Source: a virus. Taken from it: a DNA stretch of 10,989 nt. The number at the start of each line of letters is the position of its first letter. The first letter of the stretch is position 1. The notes below the pieces were generated by a model that was not told the origin of the DNA, did no database searches, and was given only the letters and a program-made list of their open reading frames with translations. The translations under genes and the position numbers were made by a program. Location: UHGV virus genome UHGV-1791444; one strand, given 5' to 3'. Below are positions 8,327-10,989 of this stretch, piece by piece.

Positions 8327-10086
8327 GTAAAGACTTAGTGGCGCGTCAGGAGCTAATGACTGCCCGTATGAAGGCAGACTTCGTGTTCTTCATCTTCGTT
8401 CTCTGGAAAGCTCTTAGCCTTCCGGTTCCAACACGCTGCCAGATAGATATGTGTAAGAAGCTAGCTGCTGGGGATAATCGCCGCTTCATTCTTCAGGCGT
8501 TCCGTGGTATTGGCAAGTCGTTTCTGACCTGTGGTTTCGTGGTCTGGAAGTTATGGAACAACCCAGACTTGAAGTTCATGATTGTGTCAGCCTCAAAGGA
8601 ACGAGCCGATGCGAACTCCATCTTCATCAAGCGAATCATCGACCTCATGCCTCAGCTTCAGGAACTCAAACCTAAGCAGGGACAGCGAGATGCGGTTATC
8701 AGCTTCGACGTTGGGCCAGCCAAGCCAGACCACTCACCTTCGGTTAAGTCCGTTGGTATCACTGGTCAGTTGACTGGTAGTCGTGCTGACATCCTGATTG
8801 CCGATGACGTGGAGGTTCCGAACAACTCAGCTACTCAGGCTGCACGAGACCGACTGTCAGAGCTTGTGAAAGAGTTCGACGCTATCCTGAAGCCGGGAGG
8901 TACAATCATCTATCTGGGTACTCCTCAGAACGAGATGACCCTGTATCGTGAGCTGGAAGGCCGTGGATACACCACTACTATCTGGCCCGCTCGTTATCCA
9001 CGCGACAGGAAGGACTGGCAGTCTTACGGCGACCGTCTGGCACCGATGCTTCAGGCAGAGATGGAAGAGGACCCTGAGTCCTTCTACTGGCGTCCGACTG
9101 ATGAAGTACGCTTCGATGATACGGACCTGAAGGAGCGTGAGCTGTCATACGGTAAAGCTGGCTTCGCTCTACAGTTCATGCTTAACCCTAACCTGAGTGA
9201 TGCCGAGAAGTACCCCCTGAAGCTCCGTGACCTTATCGTAGCAGACTTGGACCCAGCGTCTAGCCCAATGGTCTACCAATGGTTGCCAAACCCTCAGAAC
9301 AAGCGTGAGGACGTTCCTAACGTTGGACTCATGGGTGACTCGTACCACACGTATCAGACTGTAGGTTCTGCGTTCAGCTCATACACCCAGAAGATTCTGG
9401 TCATTGACCCTAGTGGTCGTGGTAAGGATGAAACTGGTTATGCGGTACTGTATCAGCTCAACGGCTACATCTTCGCTATGGAAGTGGGTGGTATGCGTGG
9501 CGGTTATGAAGACTCTACGTTGGAAGCCTTGGCTAAGATTGGTCGTAAGTGGAAGGTCAACGAATACGTCATTGAGGGTAACTTCGGTGATGGTATGTAC
9601 CTTGAGCTATTCAAGCCTGTAGCGGCCCGTATCCATCCTGCGGCTGTAACTGAAGTGAAGAGTAAGGGTCAGAAAGAACTCCGCATCTGTGACGTTCTGG
9701 AGCCTATCATGGGGTCTCACCGACTTATCGTTAACGCTGCTGCTATCGTCCAAGACTACCAGACAGCCTCTGATAAGGATGGCGTTCGTACCCCTATCTA
9801 CTCTCTCTTCTACCAGATGACCCGTATCTCTCGTGAACGTGGAGCCTTGGCACACGATGACCGACTTGATGCGCTGGCTATCGGTGTACAGTTCTTCGTT
9901 GAGTCTATGGCTAAGGATGCCAACAAAGGCGAACGTGAAGTCACTGAGGAGTGGCTGGAGGAACAGATGGAGAACCCACGGAAAGGCTTTGAGTCCATCC
10001 ACACCGAGTTCTGGGACAATGGGGTCCGGGTAACTCACAATACGGACGACGAGCTAGGACTAGGGTCATACGTTACGTTTCACTAG
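8323..10086 (+). CDS. Terminase large subunit (DNA maturase B), gp19-like (587 aa), apparent TTG start
   Basis: Similarity to recalled T7 gp19 runs the full length ([136 protein letters not shown]). The reading frame opens right after a TAA at 8308-8310, and the first start-type codon is TTG at 8323, 7 nt after AAGGAGG (8309-8315). That TTG overlaps the Rz stop. Confidence 0.92.
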   Translation: MSKDLVARQELMTARMKADFVFFIFVLWKALSLPVPTRCQIDMCKKLAAGDNRRFILQAFRGIGKSFLTCGFVVWKLWNNPDLKFMIVSASKERADANSIFIKRIIDLMPQLQELKPKQGQRDAVISFDVGPAKPDHSPSVKSVGITGQLTGSRADILIADDVEVPNNSATQAARDRLSELVKEFDAILKPGGTIIYLGTPQNEMTLYRELEGRGYTTTIWPARYPRDRKDWQSYGDRLAPMLQAEMEEDPESFYWRPTDEVRFDDTDLKERELSYGKAGFALQFMLNPNLSDAEKYPLKLRDLIVADLDPASSPMVYQWLPNPQNKREDVPNVGLMGDSYHTYQTVGSAFSSYTQKILVIDPSGRGKDETGYAVLYQLNGYIFAMEVGGMRGGYEDSTLEALAKIGRKWKVNEYVIEGNFGDGMYLELFKPVAARIHPAAVTEVKSKGQKELRICDVLEPIMGSHRLIVNAAAIVQDYQTASDKDGVRTPIYSLFYQMTRISRERGALAHDDRLDALAIGVQFFVESMAKDANKGEREVTEEWLEEQMENPRKGFESIHTEFWDNGVRVTHNTDDELGLGSYVTFH

Positions 10087-10180
10087 CTGAATGAATAACT
10101 ATGGGTGAAAGCTGCATGAATACGCAGTTAGTAACCTATAGTTACTACCAGTCTAACCTACTGTTTTACAAGGAGTTTGG

Positions 10181-10203
10181 ACTTAACTATCACTATAGGG
10201 AAG
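10181..10203 (+). promoter_or_regulatory. Phage single-subunit RNA polymerase promoter, phiOR-equivalent (ACTTAACTATCACTATAGGGAAG; predicted +1 G at 10198)
   Basis: Same core as the site at 5208-5230; the shared motif is GGACTWAACTATCACTATAGGRAA. It sits about 110 nt after the gp19 stop and upstream of the small gp19.5-like ORF, matching the position of phiOR in T7. Confidence 0.7.
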
Positions 10204-10383
10204 ACCCCCGGTTACTTATAGTATTACTGTAGTGAATATACATATGCAGACTTTATGCAAGACCTTAGGAGGCAGACTCCGAGTTCTTACCTAAGGCTTG
10301 CACCGATGGAAGGAGGGTGATATTAATCATAATCCCTCCAATACAGATAGTCACCGACCATAGATACAGGAGGTATGTAGCAT

Positions 10384-10542
10384 ATGGCAAAGACCAAAGC
10401 TGTACTTAAAGCTCTGGCGACCAATCGAGCTACATACAGGTTTCTTGCTGCTGTTCTACTTGCTGCTGGCGTTACTGCTGGAAGTCAGTGGGTCGGGCGG
10501 GTCGAGACTCTCGTATGTTCTCTGGTGTCTCAGTGTAATTAA
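10384..10542 (+). CDS. Small hypothetical protein (52 aa), positional analogue of T7 gp19.5
   Basis: AGGAGG at 10368-10373 with ATG at 10384 (an earlier ATG at 10375 is followed at once by TAG). Translation is MAKTKAVLKALATNRATYRFLAAVLLAAGVTAGSQWVGRVETLVCSLVSQCN, a basic N-terminus followed by one hydrophobic stretch. It lies between the phiOR-like promoter and the terminal repeat, as gene 19.5 does in T7. I could not confirm sequence similarity. Confidence 0.4.
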   Translation: MAKTKAVLKALATNRATYRFLAAVLLAAGVTAGSQWVGRVETLVCSLVSQCN

Positions 10543-10575
10543 CGCAATCATGGTAACGATTCATGAGCGGAAGAC

Positions 10576-10618
10576 CTAAGGTCAGTACGTGGATAAAGAC
10601 TCACTCTACTGACCTTAG
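10576..10618. repeat. Perfect 12-bp inverted repeat (CTAAGGTCAGTA / TACTGACCTTAG) with a 19-nt spacer; candidate concatemer-junction hairpin
   Basis: Left arm 10576-10587 and right arm 10607-10618 are exact reverse complements. The repeat lies about 160 bp before the putative terminal repeat, where T7 has a hairpin-forming sequence implicated in concatemer processing. Confidence 0.45.
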
Positions 10619-10703
10619 CTACTGTAGTCAAGGACTTTAGGTAACACCTTAATAGAAGCTCACTTAGGGTCATCCTACTTATTGGTCTATCCTAGTGTCG
10701 CCT

Positions 10704-10742
10704 GACCTACGGTCCTTGACCTACAGTAGCTGCCACCTACAG
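10704..10742. repeat. Three spaced direct repeats of ACCTACRG just upstream of the terminal repeat
   Basis: GACCTACGG at 10704-10712, GACCTACAG at 10718-10726 and CACCTACAG at 10734-10742, spaced about 15 bp apart. This is comparable to the short repeat arrays that flank the T7 terminal repeats. Confidence 0.35.
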
Positions 10743-10779
10743 TCTTCGATGAGTTTTGGACCAAAAGTTTGAGACCACA

Positions 10780-10989
10780 TCTCACAGTTCAAGAACCTCA
10801 AGTCTCCCCATAGGCCCTCTTTAAGTCCAGACCAAAGGCCCTACCCCAGTCTATCATAAGGTTGGACCGGCTGTAAATACCTCAAGTCAACGATAGGTCA
10901 TGACTATCGGTGGTGGTGGAGACGATAGGTAGGGACTATTGGTCTGCCTCTGAGTCTCTATCTGTATAACCATAAGTCACAACCATAAG
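10780..10989. repeat. Putative right direct terminal repeat of the phage genome, running to the window end
   Basis: From 10780 the sequence TCTCACAGTTCAAGAACCTCAAGTCTCCCCATAGGCCC... parallels the T7 genome terminus as I recall it (TCTCACAGTGTACGGACCTAAAGTTCCCCCATAGGGGG...). The 238-bp distance from the gp19.5-like ORF matches the T7 layout. The region is non-coding with internal short repeats (ACCTCAAGTC at 10795 and 10879; ACGATAGGT at 10890 and 10923). The exact boundary cannot be set without the left genome end. Confidence 0.5.

Noticed and set aside
8582-10038. Alternative-frame ORFs inside gp19 (8582-8773 +, 8948-9130 +, 9404-9622 +, 9833-10033 +, and minus-strand 9607-10038, 9810-10019)
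   Set aside because: T7 annotations include small out-of-frame ORFs (19.2, 19.3) at roughly similar offsets within gene 19, so I considered positional analogues. There is no ribosome-binding site or compositional evidence here, and the T7 ORFs are themselves unsupported, so I do not call them genes.
10100-10160. Small palindromes CTGCATGAATACGCAG and GTAACCTATAGTTAC between gp19 and the promoter
   Set aside because: Stems of only 4-5 bp; too weak to assign a terminator or operator role from sequence alone.
10640-10989. Short repeated motifs at the right end as a possible CRISPR array or att site
   Set aside because: The repeats are 7-10 bp, irregular and differently spaced, not 25-40 bp units with uniform spacers. 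No integrase is present and the context is the canonical T7-type genome terminus.
1-10989. tRNA, rRNA or mobile-element content
   Set aside because: No cloverleaf-like segments, no transposase or integrase-like ORFs and no terminal inverted repeats flanking a gene; coding density and gene order are fully explained by the T7-like late region.

Overview
The window reads as the right-hand (late) end of a T7-like podophage genome (Autographiviridae, T7/T3 group), with every gene on the + strand in canonical T7 order. It contains the 3' part of internal virion protein gp15, internal virion protein gp16, a tail fiber/tailspike gp17, a type II holin (gp17.5), the small terminase subunit (gp18), the Rz/Rz1 spanin pair (gp18.5 with gp18.7 embedded), the large terminase subunit (gp19), a small gp19.5-like ORF, and a non-coding right end that appears to run into the direct terminal repeat. 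Two nearly identical phage-type promoters sit at the positions T7 uses for phi17 and phiOR. I found no single undescribed multi-gene system; the points most worth follow-up are a chimeric gp17 whose AT-rich C-terminal part looks like an acquired beta-helix depolymerase module, a gp16 N-terminal domain that does not look like the canonical lytic-transglycosylase domain, and the promoter specificity. All protein identifications rest on my recollection of T7 protein sequences and gene order, not on a database search, and no tRNA, CRISPR, integrase or transposase signal was seen.
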